A DNA stretch of 64,000 nucleotides from Octopus sinensis (lineage: Eukaryota): the NCBI RefSeq assembly GCF_006345805.1, contig NW_021830469.1:1-64000 (forward strand), read 5' to 3'. Of this stretch, positions 40,130 to 58,835 are shown one piece after another; the first letter of the stretch is position 1; every line of letters begins with the position of its first letter. The notes beneath the pieces were generated by a model, which was not told the DNA's origin, made no database searches, and worked only from the letters and a program-made list of their open reading frames with translations. The position numbers were made by a program, and so were the translations under genes.

Positions 40130-40745
40130 CTTCCAAATGTGACCATTCCATCTGTACTTTCTCTCTATTCACTATTTGAAGTTATTTAACCCCAGCCCAC
40201 CTCTGATCCGGAATAAACCAAGAATGATCAAAGCGCCTTCCAAATGTGACCATCCCATTTGTGTTTTTTTTCTTTCTCCTGTATCAAGGACTATATTTCC
40301 TACTTTAAGCTCATTATTTAAACCTTTGCTTATTTCTGATCCGAAAGGCCAAGAATAATCAAAAGCAATCCAAATGTGACCATCTTATTTGTATCTCTTT
40401 CTCCCTCTCTTTAGACGTAGTAGTATATCCAGAGCTATATTGTCAACTGTAACCAAACCAGTCAAGACTATTTAAACTCCTGTTCACCTCTGATCCGACA
40501 GACCTAGGGTTATAAAAACCGCTCCAAATGCGATCATCCCATCTATACTCTCCCCCTCACTCCCCCCTCTCTCTCCAGCCATACTATTGTCTCTAGGACT
40601 GCATTATCTGCTGCGACCTCAATAATTCAGGCTTTTAAACCCTTGCACCTCCCTCTTACCCGGAAGACCAAAGCGTTCCAAATGTGACCTTACCTCTTGT
40701 ACTCAGATATTATGTAATATCTAGGAATGCACTATGCAATGTGAC
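40130..40745 (+). repeat. Old degenerate array of the same minisatellite family
   Basis: CCAAATGTGACC recurs at ~40133, 40241, 40371, 40523 and 40679, preceded by CTGATCC. Confidence 0.6.
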
Positions 40746-40824
40746 CTTCTTAGTGGCTCCTGTTATTGATGTTGTTGTTGTTATGCTTGCGTAAATAACA
40801 TCACACTCACAGCAAAACGTGTGC

Positions 40825-40863
<39 letters not shown>

Positions 40864-41293
40864 GCGCGCCTGCATGCACCTTATATACATATATAAGTAA
40901 ATGCACAGACACACACACATATACACACACACACACGCATACATATGTGGAGATTCTTTTACTTGTTTCAGTCATTTGATTGCGGCATGCTGGAGCACCG
41001 CCTTTTAGTCGAACAAATCGACGCCAGGATTTATTCTTTGTAAGCCTAGTACTTATTGTATCGGAGTCTTTTGCTGAACCGCTAAGTTAAGGGGACTAAA
41101 CACACCAACATCGATTGTCGAGCGATGGTGGGGAGACAAGCACAGACACACAAACACATACATACAAATACACACACACACATATATATATATACATATA
41201 TATATATATACATATATATATACACACACATATATATATACATATATGATCCGAATTGAGATTACACACATATATATATATACACATATATAC

Positions 41294-41326
<33 letters not shown>

Positions 41327-41945
41327 TACACACGCACACACACAAGCCCGGGCCAAAACAAGTCTTGTGGCATTATTATATATGCATGTAAGCAACTGTG
41401 TGTGTGTGTGTGTGTGTTTCATAGATGGAAGATGAAAGAAAATTTCGTAAGTGTGTGAGTATGTGTTTGTCCCGCCACTTGACAACCGTTTCTGGTTTGT
41501 TTACGTCCGGATGTCGCATGAGTGACCGATTAAAAAAAGTACGAAGCTGTAAAAACAAAATTAACTCCTGGTCTCAATTCATTCGACCAAACTCCGTCGA
41601 AGCGTTGCCCCAGCACGGCCGTAGCCAATGTCCGAAACAAGAAACATATAAGGGACAAAAGACCTACGACGGGCTTCTTTCAGTTTCCGTCTATCAAATC
41701 CATTCATAACGATTTAATTGGCCCGGGGCTACAGAATGGGACAAGCCTGGTCCTTTTCGATTATTGATACAACGCCAGTGCGCCGGGGGTCGGCCTTGCC
41801 TTTCGTCCTTTCAGGGGTCGATGAAATAAGGACCACTTGATCACTGGGGTCAATGGAATCGACTTAACCCCGACCCCCAAATTGCCGCTCTTGTGCCAGA
41901 CATTTGAAATTACTACTACTACTACGACGACGACGACGACGACGA

Positions 41946-41977
<32 letters not shown>

Positions 41978-42141
41978 ACTAGTAATACTACTACTACTAC
42001 TAGTGCTGCTGCTGCTGCTATTACTAGTACTACTGCTGCTGCTACTACTACTACTACTACTTCTACTACTAATAGTAATACTACAACTACTAGTGCTGCT
42101 GCTACTGCTAATACTACTACTTCTACTGCTGCTGCTGCTGA

Positions 42142-42192
<51 letters not shown>

Positions 42193-42581
42193 GAAGGCGT
42201 CGAGTTGGCAGACTCGTTGACCCCCTAGGTAAAAATCCTGAGCATTCCGTCCGTCTTCATTTTCTGAGTTTAAATTCCGCCGCGGTCGACTTTGCCTTCC
42301 ATCCTTTTGAGATCGATAAAATAAATAGCAGTTAACCACTGGGGTCGATATAATCGGCTTAGCCCCTTCCCCCAGAAATTGCTGGCCTTGAGCCAAAATT
42401 TGAAATCGTTAGTGGTAAGAAGCTTGCTTCCCAACCACATGGTTCTGGGTTCAGTCCCACTGCGTGGCACCTTGGGCAAGTGCCTTCTACTATAGCCTTG
42501 GGTTGACCAAAGCCTTGTGGGTGGATTTGGTAGACGGAAACTGAAAGAAACCCGCCATATGTGTGTACATACATACATACA

Positions 42582-42653
<72 letters not shown>

Positions 42654-42695
42654 ATTTATATATATATATACACACATATATATATATATATATAC

Positions 42696-42752
<57 letters not shown>

Positions 42753-43151
42753 ATATATATATGTATATATATGTGTGTGTGTATATATATATATATATAT
42801 ACTTTATTTAAAGCAGCAGAAATTCATATATATATATATGTATGTATGTATATTTATGTATACACAGACATGTGTGTGTGTCATTGTGTTTATGTTTGAC
42901 CGCTTGCCAACCGGTGTTGGTGTCTTTGCGTCCCCGTAACTTATCAGTTCGGCAAAAAAAATAAGAAAACAGACAGAGTTAGGACAAGGCTTCGAAAATG
43001 TGCTAGAGTCGATTTGTTCGACTAAAACCCTTCGAAGTCGTGCCCCAGCATGGGCGCAGTCAAATGAATGAAACGAAAGATTTTAATTTTCTATTTTACA
43101 TTTTAACGGTCCAAGTGTCTCAAGAGGCGAGAGTTTCGTTCAGTGGAACAT

Positions 43152-43184
<33 letters not shown>

Positions 43185-43470
43185 CATATATATACATACA
43201 TACATACACACATACAAACATACATACATACATTCATACATACATATATATACATACATGCATACATACATACATACATACATACACACACCACACACAC
43301 ATACATACATACATACATACATACATACATACATACACACATACATACATACATACATACATGCATGCATACATACATGCATGCATGCATGCATACATAC
43401 ATACATACATACATACATACATACATACATGCATACATACACACATACATACATGCACACGTATATACAC

Positions 43471-43501
<31 letters not shown>

Positions 43502-43503
43502 CA

Positions 43504-43565
<62 letters not shown>

Positions 43566-44089
43566 CATACATACATACATACATACACACACACATACAT
43601 ACATACGTGCACACAGGCATACATAGACACATACATACACACATACATACATGCACACGTATATACACACATACATACACACATACATACATACATAATA
43701 CACACATATACATAAAAAATACACACATACACATATACACGCATACATACATACGTGCACACAGGCATACATAGACACATACATACACACACACACACAT
43801 ACATACTTACGTATGCAAAAACACGTTTGCGTGCCGAAGTATCACTCAATACAGGACGTAGAGTATATGATTATTGGGCGTTAAACACCTCTCGATGCCA
43901 AAGCGATTACAATGAGTTCCACGCATGATGTTGTGGAAACGTAGAATCACAATGCAGGGAGTGAAATTGTTTGTAGCGCTAGAGGGAGACACTGTATACA
44001 TACATACGGACGAACATGTATGTACACACATACATACATACATACATACATACATACATACATACATACATACATACAAACATACATAC

Positions 44090-44190
<101 letters not shown>

Positions 44191-44282
44191 TAGATATATA
44201 TGTATATATGGATATATGTACGGGTATATGTGTGTCTGTGTGTGTATGTTTATGTATGTATATGCATACATACACACACACG

Positions 44283-44319
<37 letters not shown>

Positions 44320-45386
44320 GCATACAAATATATATATATATGTATGTATACGTGCATATATGTATATCTATGCATATAAACACACATGTGTTTGTGCATG
44401 TGCGTGTGTGTGTATGTATGTGTACATATACTTAAGTGCATATGTATATGCATATATTATATATATATATATATACATACATACACAATGTTATGTTGCA
44501 TTTTTCGAAGCCTACGGTCACACACACCCAGAGACACACAGACATATATTCATGTGTGTGTGTGTTACACTATATTTTACTCGCATTACCCAAACGCACT
44601 CGAAACCGATCGCCACGCCCTCTGTTGCTGTCATTAAGCCCAGATATCGCTGCTGCTGCTGCTGTTGCTGTTGTGGTGGTCGCGGCGGCGGCGGCGGCGG
44701 CGGCACAAGCGTTGGCTCCGCCAACACCACATCCAATGCGACTTCATCCCCAGCCCCGCCATCAATGATAATACCGTCACCATTAACAATACCGGCCGAC
44801 GACGCCGGCGCCTGTGACTCTACGCTCGTCATTTGCATAACTAAACGCACCACCTCCACCGATCGCTGCAACAACAATGAATGTAGCGAAACATCGATAG
44901 TTACTACCTGGCTGATGCAGCGTCTGGTGCACCGGATTGCAGCTAGCAATATTTACTGTCGCTGCTGAATGTGTTGACGGTGCAACGCAGCTGTTGTTGT
45001 TGTTGTTGTTGTTGTGTTGTTGTGTTGTTGTCGGTAGTTTATGACTACCACTAATGATGATGATGATGATGATGATGGCTGTGGTGGTGGTGGTGGCGCT
45101 GGTGTTTATTAATGAAAGCGCGTGCTGTTCCACGTAAGCCTTCCTCCCGCTCCTCTTCCTTTTACCCCCTCCTCATCTTCTTTCCTCTCCTCCTCCGCTT
45201 CCACCTCCCCGTTTTTTTCCCACTCTCCCTTTTCCTTTTTATCTAATACTACTACAACAGTAACTACTACTACCACCACCACCACCACCACTACCATTGC
45301 TTCTACTACTACTACTACTACTACCACTACCACCACCACTACTACTTCTACTACTACTACCACCACCACCACTACTACCATTGCTT

Positions 45387-45422
<36 letters not shown>

Positions 45423-45729
45423 TACTACTATTGCTTCTACTACTACTACTACTACTACTATGCTGCTGCTGCTGCTGCTGCTGCTACTACTACTACTAAT
45501 ACCACCACCACCACCACCACTTCCACAACTGCTGCTCCTGCCACTGCTCCATGGACAGGTCAAAGACATTGCCCTGTTAAGTGGCAGCCTGAACTCCTGC
45601 ACACAACTTGATAGTGTTGTATGTGGGAGAGGCCACAGAAGGATTGTCGTCTGACCTTGGCCAGCATAACAATTACAATTCGGTGGTCACTACTGTCAGG
45701 GCTGTGGCCACCACCACGAACCACAATAC

Positions 45730-46200
45730 GCACGCGCGCGCGCACACACACACACACAGAAAAACACACTCACACACACACACACACACGCACGCACACA
45801 CATACACACACAAGCACACACACAGAAACACACTCACACACACACACACACGCACGCACACACATACACACACACAAGCACACACACACAGAAACACACT
45901 CACACACACACCACACACACAAGCACACACACACATACACACACTCACACACACACACACACACACACAAGCACACACACACAGAAACATACACACACAC
46001 ACACAGAAACACACTCACACACACACACACACACACAAGCACACACACACAGAAACACACACACAGAAACACACACACAGAAACACACTCACACACAACA
46101 CACACAAGCACACACACGCAGAAACACACACACACACACAGAAACACACTCACACACACACACACATACACACACATTCACAGACTCACACACACACACA
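45730..46200. repeat. (CA)n-rich array with higher-order variants
   Basis: Direct reading. Confidence 0.95.
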
Positions 46201-46317
46201 CATACTTGCAAACATCTCTGGATATCAAGGTTACCATTTGTAGGCTAAATCTATCTAAGACTACAATATCTAATGTGTATTTTGTTTTGTCTTGTCTTTG
46301 GGGGTGGGAGTGGTTCT

Positions 46318-47272
46318 TTAGTCCCCAGTCACTCCTGATCCAACCATGACCATCCTGTCTTTTGTTCAGACTATGTTATAAGACAATCTATCTTGGACTC
46401 CATTAGTTAATGTGTGCTTTGTTTTTGTTTAGCCCCAGGTCTCTCCTGATCCAGCGAACCTATCATCAAAGATGTTCCAGCTATGACCATCCTGTCTTTT
46501 ATTCAGGCACAGTGTATCTAGGACTACATTAGTTAATGTGTCCCTTCCTTCTTTGTTTTTGTTTAGCCCCAGGTCAGTCCTGCTCCAGACAGACCTATGA
46601 TCAAAGATGTTCCAGCTATGACCATCCTGTCTTTAATTCTGACATAGTGTATCTAGGACTACATTATTTAATGTGTCCTTTCTACCTCTTGTCTTTGTTT
46701 AACCCCTGGTCAGTCCTGATCCAGTGGACCTATGATCAAAGACGTTCCAGCTGTGACCATCCTGTCTTTTATTCAGACATAGTGTATCTAGGACTACATT
46801 ATCAAATGTGTTCTGCCTTGTCTTAGGTATTCTTCATCCTGATCCAGTAGACCTATGATCAATGACGTTCCAGCTGTGACCATCCTGTCTTTTATTCAGG
46901 CACAGTGTATCTAGGACTATATTAGTTAATGTGTCCCTTCCTTCCTTGTTTTTGTTTAGCCCCAGGTCAGTCCTGCTCCAGACAGACACATGATCAAAGA
47001 TGTTCCAGCTATGACCATCCTGTCTTTTATTCAGGCACAGTGTATCTAGGACTACATTATTTAATGTGTCCTTCCCTGTTGTTGTTTAGCCCCAGGTCAG
47101 TTCTGATCCAGACAGACACATGATCAAAGATGTTCCAGATATGACCATCCTGTCTTTTATTCAGACAAATTTTTTTTAAGACCACTTTATCTAATATATC
47201 CTTTCCTTGTTGTTCTTTAACCCTAGGTCAGTTCTGATCCAACAGACCGCTGTCGTTTAACCCTAGGTCAGA
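46318..47272 (+). repeat. 123-135-bp tandem minisatellite, ~7 units
   Basis: GTTCCAG at 46474, 46609, 46744, 46867, 47002 and 47132. Confidence 0.92.
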
Positions 47273-47559
47273 CCTGATCGGCCTTGCCTTTCATCCTTTC
47301 AGAATTGATGAAATAAGGACCAGCCAAGCACTTACCCCTTCTCTCAAACTTGCTGGCCTTGCACCAAAATTTCAAATTATCATTATTATCATTGCTGTTG
47401 TTGTTGTTGCTGTTGTTGTTGTTGCTACTGTTATCACTGACTTTGCTATTCTTCTTCTTCTTCTTGTTCTTGTCCATCTCATTCCTGATATCATTTACAA
47501 ACTTCCAACAATTTTTCCTTTCTTGATTGTCAGCCAAATTTTAATTTACTTTCACTTTC

Positions 47560-48180
47560 ATCTCTCCCCATTCTCTCTCTCTCTCTCTTTCTCTCTCTCT
47601 CCCTCTCTCTCACTCTTTCTCTCTCTCACCCACACTCTGTTTCTTCTCTCTGTTTTTCTCTCTCTTTCTCACATCTCTCCCCATTCTCTCTCTCTCTCTT
47701 TCTCTCTCTCAACTCTCTCTCCTCTTTCTTCTCTCTCACCCCCACTTGTCTTCTCTCCTATCTTTTTTCTCTCTCTTTCTCACATCTCTCCCCATTCTCT
47801 CTCTCTCTCTTTCTCTCTCTCCCTCTCTCTCACTCTTTCTCTCTCTCACCCCACTCTGTTTCTTCTCTCTCTTTTTCTCTCTCTTTCTCACATCTCTCCC
47901 CATTCTCTCTCTCTCTCTTTCTCTCTCTCCCTCTCTCTCACTCTTTCTCTCTCTCACCCCCACTCTGTTTCTTCTCTCTCTTTTTCTCTCTCTTTCTCAC
48001 ATCTCTCCCCATTCTCTCTCTCTCTCTCTTTCTCACATCTCTCCCCATTCTCTCTCTCTCTCTTTCTCTCTCTCCCTCTCTCTCACTCTTTCTCTCTCTC
48101 ACCCACACTCTGTTTCTTCTCTCTCTTTTTCTCTCTTTTTCTCTCTCTGCTTTCTCTCCTCTCATCTATCTCATTTCCTC
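47560..48180. repeat. CT-rich array with ~115-120-bp higher-order unit
   Basis: CACATCTCTCCCCATTCTCTC recurs several times. Confidence 0.85.
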
Positions 48181-48644
48181 TCTTCACTGGACTATGTTAA
48201 TTGATAATGATAATTTCCTTAATCGATAATGATAATTGCATTAATTAATTCATTCAAATTATATTAATAGCATTTTCACCAAAATGTTAATTTACCCGAC
48301 TCTAATGTCAAACAATCACCCAACATCTTTATCAGCCAAGCATTTTCCTTTCAACACCCAAACCTTACCCACAATTCCTTCACTTCCTCTTTCACTTTCA
48401 CAGATAGCACACACAATATTCAACGTTCATTTTGATAAAGAAAAAAAGAAAAACCCAGAAAAACAGAAAGAAAAAAAAACTATTTCTTCCTTCATGGATT
48501 TCATTTTCCACATCGATAGGAAACAAAAATTCTACCCTCATCAAATTCGAAAACTCATTCTTCTTCACCTTCTTCATCATCGTCATCATTTCCTCCTCCC
48601 CCGCTTCCTCATCCTCCTCCTCCCCACTCCTCCTCCTCCTCCTT

Positions 48645-50170
48645 ATTGAGATTTGTTAATATGTTTCCTCAAATCTCAAGAATCTTCCTTAGGATTCTTA
48701 CAGAATATAGAATGGTACTTTCCTTTAGGTCACCAGTGCAGCTTTCAATTCCAACCTCCTTCAGTCTGTTAGCTACCATTTTGGGTGTGGCACCAAATGC
48801 ACCATTTACCATAGGACGTTATCAAAGAAGCTTGAGAGGCAGTTGGATGGAACTTACACTCGCCTCCTTATGAGAGCTCAAAATCTCTCGTGGAAGCGTC
48901 ATCCAACCAAAATGCAAATATATGGGAAACTACCACCTGTGTCATCTCTTGTGAAAGGTAGAAGAGTCCAGTTTGCTGGACATTGTTGCAGAGCTGAAAA
49001 CCAGGTAATTTCTACTCTTCTCCTCTGGAAGCCATCTACTCGCAATACCAGAGGGTGCACACTCTCCTACCCTGATGTAATCTCCAGAGATACAGGCATC
49101 CAGCAACAGGACCTCCATAATGCCATGATGGACCATGAAGTCTGGCATAGCATGGTAAATTCCATTGTCTCAACCACGGTCGAACAATGAGATTATATAT
49201 ATATATATATTATATATATATATATCTATATATTATACATACATACATATATACATACATGCATACATACATACATACATATCATCTCTTGTGAAAGGTA
49301 GGAGAGTTCAGTTTGCTGGACATTGTTGTAGAGCTGAAAAAGAGGTAATTTCTACTCTTCTCCTTTGGAAGTCATCTGCTCGTGATACCAGAGGGTGCAC
49401 ACTCTCCTACCCTGATGTAATCTCCAGGGATACAGGCATCCAGCAACAGGACCTCCATAATGCCATGATGGACCATGAAGTCTGGCGTAGCATGGTAAAT
49501 TCCATTGTCTCAACCACGGTCGAACAATGATGATATATATATATATATATACATACATACATATATACATACATGCATACATACATACATACATACATAT
49601 CATCTCTTGTGAAAGGTAGGAGAGTTCAGTTTGCTGGACATTGTTGTAGAGCTGAAAAAGAGGTAATTTCTACTCTTCTCCTCTGGAAGCCATCTACTCG
49701 CAATACCAGAGGGTGCACACTCTCCTACCCTGATGTAATCTCCAGAGATACAGGCATCCAGCAACAGGACCTCCGTAATGCTATGATGGACCGTGCGGTC
49801 TGGCGTAACATAGTAAATTCCATTGTCTCGACCACGGTCGAACAATGAGGGTGAGGAATAATTATTGTCTTGGTCTTCCACACTCTCCCCACCTCTCCAG
49901 CTCTTTCCTCGTATTTCTCAATGTTTTACCATTTCTTTGGCATCGATTCTGCTATCGCAGGGAATCGCAAAATCTTTCATCTGACGCTGTTTACTTTGTC
50001 CTCTGTGTTCATCTGTGGTCTTCTTGCTCCAATAGGATGGTCAGTCTTTAAGGGGAAATCCCACAAGACCTATAATTCGCATTTTCTATTGCAGCTTTGG
50101 TTCATGTTTCCACCACTTTTCTGTTGTTTTGAAGCCACACTTAAATAATATCCCAATGAACAATTATTCT
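48645..50170 (-). mobile_element. R4/Dong-like RLE retrotransposon 3' fragment split by an RTE insertion
   Basis: 49857-50170: WKHEP..IENANY..WDF..KTD..IGARRP..KY....RVWKTKTIIIP. 48645-48812 continues MVNGAFGATPK...GI...TILYSVRILRKILEI*. Confidence 0.75.
48813..49856 (+). mobile_element. RTE-clade LINE 3' end, triplicated in tandem
   Basis: LDGTYTRLLMRAQNLSWKRHPT..QIYG...RRVQFAGHCCRA...STTVEQ*. Units start at 48943, 49283 and 49601, separated by (TA)n(CATA)n. Confidence 0.85.
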
Positions 50171-50581
50171 TTTGTTCTTTTATTCTTGTATTCTTTTACT
50201 TGTTTCAGTCATTTGACTGCGGCCATACTGGAGCACCGCCTTTAGTCGAGCAAATCGACCCTGAGAAGACTTATTCTTTGTAAGCCCAGTACTTATTCTA
50301 TCGGTCTCTTTTTGCCGAACCGCTAAGTGACGGGGACGTAAACACACCAGCATCGGTTGTCAAGCAATGCTAGGGGGACAAACACAGACATGCACACACA
50401 CACATACATATATGTATATACATATATACGACAGGCTTCTTTCAGTTTCCGTCTACCAAATCCGCTCACAAGGCATTGGTCTGCCTGGGGCTATAGCAGA
50501 AGACACTTGCCCAAGATGCCACGCAGTGGGACTGAACCCAGAACCATGTGGTTGGTTAGCAAGCTACTTACCACACAGCCA

Positions 50582-50636
<55 letters not shown>

Positions 50637-50637
<1 letters not shown>

Positions 50638-51519
50638 CTTTGTAACACAGTATAGATAAAAATGCACCAGAGACTTTAGTTATCTGTCAAGTCACAACAA
50701 GGACCTCAAACAGATAATACTTCCTTTAAGATGTGCTTTTTGCAACACATCAATCTTGCATTGGATTTTCAGTTGCCTAAAGGAGTCTTGAAGTTTCAAT
50801 GGGATTGAGTCCAACGCTCCAATCACCAACTTTCCATTCAGAGTATTTGGTGATTTTTGTCAACCTCTTAACTCGCAACATTCATGTCATTTGGTGTGGC
50901 CACATCAATGATCTGACAGTATTTGTCTCTCTTATTCAATATGACAATACCCAGCCGACTGTGTTCAATTACACAATCCGTCTGAAAATCCATAGTCCCA
51001 GGGTATCTTTACTTTTCCATCCTCCTGCATAACTTTTCTGGGTACATGCTCATACTAGTTCTCTGTTACTTCATATTGGTATTTACGTCACAACAGCCAA
51101 TGAAGATACACACACACTTTATCATGGCACCATTTGTATTCTTTTCGTGCAAGGCTCTCACATCCACTGATCAAGTGGGTCACAGTTTCCACCCTCTTTC
51201 CACAGAGTCTGCATCTCTGGGTGTCAGAAGTTTTATCGATGTTATACTTCACTGAATTGGTAGCGAGAGCCTGGTCTTGTGCATCAATGATCAGGCTTTT
51301 GGTGGTACGCTTCACATCACCTCGCTCAAGCCATGGCCACGATGCTGTGTTATCCTTAACATCTTGTGTATTCCTTTCAAACTGTCCATGCATTCTGATT
51401 TCAAGAAGTTCTTCTTTTCTCTTCGCCTCAGCTCTTTGGTTAAACTCTTCCTTGTCCATCATTTCATCTGCATTTATACCCATAACTTTTCGGCATATTG
51501 CAACAGGTCTTCATCACTA
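50637..51519 (-). mobile_element. R4/Dong-like retrotransposon 3' fragment in a (TAA)n array
   Basis: MHGQF, DAQDQALAT, CRLCGKRVETVTHLISGCESLARKEYKWCHDKV..YLHW (CCHC), then the RLE region (KIPWD..FQTD..IIDVATPND). (TTA)n abuts both ends. Confidence 0.9.
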
Positions 51520-51642
51520 TTTATTATTATTATTATCATTATTAGATTATTATTATTATTATTATTATTATATTATATATTATATTATGATTCTTATTAT
51601 TATTATTATTATTATTATTTATTATTATTATTATTATTATTA

Positions 51643-51680
<38 letters not shown>

Positions 51681-51696
51681 TATTATTATTATTATT

Positions 51697-52239
51697 GAGT
51701 GAGAGAGCAGTGGATGCCATCAAAGTGACACTGGGTAAAATATACGAAGCCCAATATACCCATCATGACTACCCATCTGATAAGGGTACACTAGGCACAT
51801 GCATCACAACCATATGTGCGCGACATGGTGATCTCATATCAAGATAAACAGCACATGACCTTGTAGGTGGGGCCCAGTTAGAATTTTGTTCTGGTCGAGT
51901 AGCCCATCCTGCTCAAAAGGTCCCTGAACAAGGGTTGTTTAAGGATGGTAAACAAAACACCTATGTTTCCAAAGGTGAATTATCCAAATCCCAAAGAATC
52001 CCTCTCAACACATGGCTATGATGCTCCCCCACTACTTCTGCTCGTGATCAGAGATGCACATATCGTCAGCCACTAAGGGACATGCTCAACTGGTTGTGAA
52101 GTCAAACAACTGACAAGCAAATCTGTGGTATTGAGCAGAATATTGCTGTGTAGCCCATCTTTTATACCAAGACAAAACAATGTACATGATAACACTTCCA
52201 ATCAGTTAAGATCAGAAGCCATGAGAGCCACTGCCTGGT
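51697..52239. mobile_element. Unclassified ~550-bp interspersed repeat embedded in (TTA)n
   Basis: Inverted, closely similar copy at 63325-63886 embedded in (AAC)/(AAT)n. No recognisable ORF, tRNA head or TIR. Confidence 0.8.
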
Positions 52240-52293
52240 TTATTATTATTATTATTATCATTATTATTATATTATTATTATTATTATTATTAT

Positions 52294-52566
52294 GATTTGA
52301 CTCAGGATTTATGAGGGTAGCCAGGTTACCACCTGTAACCTCAGGTATCCACAAGTTTCCAATAATCTTTCAAGTTCTTAGTACCTTCCTGATAATCTTT
52401 CTAGTCCCTAAGAGGAAAACCTCTCTCTTGACGCTCCACAGGACATTCTATTCCAATCTCTATCAACCATTTCTTTACCTCTTTGCTCACACATCCCATT
52501 GCACCATTACATTCCTAACCTTTACAGTTTTCAGATTCCAAATTCTTGCATTTTCAAATTTTAAGT
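52294..52566 (-). mobile_element. R4/Dong-like 3' end fragment
   Basis: LKFENARIWNLKTVKV...GCVSKEVKKWLIEIGIECP..LGTRKIIRKVL, short 3' UTR, then (ATA)n. Confidence 0.7.
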
Positions 52567-52659
52567 AATTTTAAAAAAAAATTTATATTCTCTTTCTGTC
52601 AGACAGACAAAATGGATCAATTAAGAAGTGTCATTGTTATTGCTGTTGTTGTTGCTATA

Positions 52660-56477
<3,818 letters not shown>

Positions 56478-56478
<1 letters not shown>

Positions 56479-56690
56479 AAGGCAGTGGTAGAACTGTTAG
56501 CATGCCAGGAAAAAGGCTTAGTGGTATTTTGCCTATCGCTACGTTCTGAGTTCAAATTCCACCAAGATCAACTATGCCTTTCATCCTTTCAGGGTTGATA
56601 AATTAAGTACCAGTTGCGTACTGGGGTCGATCTAATCGACTAGACCCCGCCCCGAAACTTTCAGGCCTTGCGCCTAGAGTAGAAAAAATT
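56478..56690 (+). mobile_element. tRNA-type SINE (60490 family), diverged
   Basis: GGCAGTGGTAGAACTGTTAGC...GAGTTCAAATTCC...CTTTCATCCTTTC.GGGTTGATAAATTAAGTACCAG. Other copies at ~14940-15120, 41740-41905, 42195-42400, 59555-59660 and 63140-63290. Confidence 0.75.
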
Positions 56691-56705
56691 ATTATATTAT
56701 TATTA

Positions 56706-56746
<41 letters not shown>

Positions 56747-56963
56747 TATTATTATTTTTTTTTTTTTTTTATTATTATTATTATTATTTTATTATTATTA
56801 TTATTATTATTATTATATTATTATTATTATTATTATTTTATGTTATTATTATTATTATTAACAATTTTATGCTACGCCATCACTGTTATCCCATGAGACA
56901 GAATTTGTTTTCTTTGGTGACAGCAATTTAGTGAACAAATTCACACAGACATTTATGCATGTA

Positions 56964-56994
<31 letters not shown>

Positions 56995-57255
56995 ATAAAT
57001 GAGAAGATAGATAGACAACACAGCACAAGACAGAAAGAGAGATAGATAGATAGGTGAGAGATAGACAGATAGATAGATAGATAGGTGGATAGATAGATAG
57101 ATTGATAGATAGATAGAGAGAGAGTGAGAGAGAGAGAGAGAGAAAGAGACATATATATATATTAATAAATAAATATATATATATATACATATATATATAT
57201 ATGTGTGTGTATGTATGTGCATATATATTTATATATATATATATATGTGTGTGTG

Positions 57256-57288
<33 letters not shown>

Positions 57289-57786
57289 ATATATAAAGAG
57301 AGAGATAGGTAAATTGATTACTAGATAGATACGCGAATACAAACACTGACACACAGACATAGAGAAGGTGGGAAAAAAAAAATATACGGATAAAAAAAAT
57401 AAAAAAACAAGTCAAAGAACAAACAAGAGAGAGGACGATGCATGCATTAACAATAGCAAAAAACAACAAGAAGAACAACAACAAGAACAACAACAAGAAC
57501 AACAACAAGAACAACAACGTGTAAAGGCCCAGAGCAAGGCAGATGTAATGGAATTGAAAAGTTTAGCCTCTGGGAAACAACTGGGAGAAATAAATTGTTT
57601 AATGTTTGGTTTCTGTGGAACTAATGGAGGACTGAGGAGGGCTATTATAGGAATCGATGGGTGTAGAGGTAGGTGTGGGTGGGTTGTAAACGAACATATA
57701 TATATACATATATATATATTTACATACAACATATATATATATATATATATAGATATATATATATATATATATAGAGATATATATAT

Positions 57787-57817
<31 letters not shown>

Positions 57818-57832
57818 TATATATATATAATA

Positions 57833-57882
<50 letters not shown>

Positions 57883-57919
57883 TATATAGCGTATATTAAA
57901 TACATATAGATATAAATGA

Positions 57920-57956
<37 letters not shown>

Positions 57957-58219
57957 ATATATATATATATATATATACTACATAGCATATATTAAATGCA
58001 TATAGATATAAATGTGTATATATATATATATATATATACATATATGTATTTATATAAATTGATGGACAGAAAAATAGGCAGACAGACAGATAGATATAGG
58101 TATGTATGTATATGCATGCATATGTATGTATGTATGTATTTATGTATGCATATAATAGATGCATATACATACATTTGTATTTATTTTTCCATGTGTGTAT
58201 ATTCTAGTATATGTGTTTA

Positions 58220-58272
<53 letters not shown>

Positions 58273-58519
58273 ATACATCTATCTATATACATATATATAT
58301 GCATATGTGACCATGTGCATGTGCAACGTGTGTTTGCACACACATGCATATGTGTGTATTGTATGTGTATATATATATATACTGAGATATATAGAGCATG
58401 TGGATTAGTGTACATTAATGCATTGATGCATAGATAAATGTGACATCTTGCAACTATATACGCTCACACACATATATATATGTATGTATATTATATATAT
58501 ATATGTATCTGTATATGTT

Positions 58520-58576
<57 letters not shown>

Positions 58577-58766
58577 TTATATATGTATATATACATGAGC
58601 CTACAAGCATGTGTATATACACATTTCTATACAGATGTATGTTTATAGTTAAATGCATATTTGATAAGTTCTCACAGAGTTATTCTTCAGGGATAATGGA
58701 CGAAATATGAATCATGTGTGAGTTAAAAATTAGACAGTCTCCAACCTTCTCATATATATATATATC

Positions 58767-58835
<69 letters not shown>

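Noticed and set aside
46318-47272. CRISPR-like regular repeats
   Set aside because: Whole units are homologous, there are no unique spacers or cas genes, and the context is eukaryotic.
57368-57889. ORF with a Q/E-rich stretch
   Set aside because: It is built from (CAA/GAA)n and (TA)n repeats, with no recognisable domain or exon boundaries.
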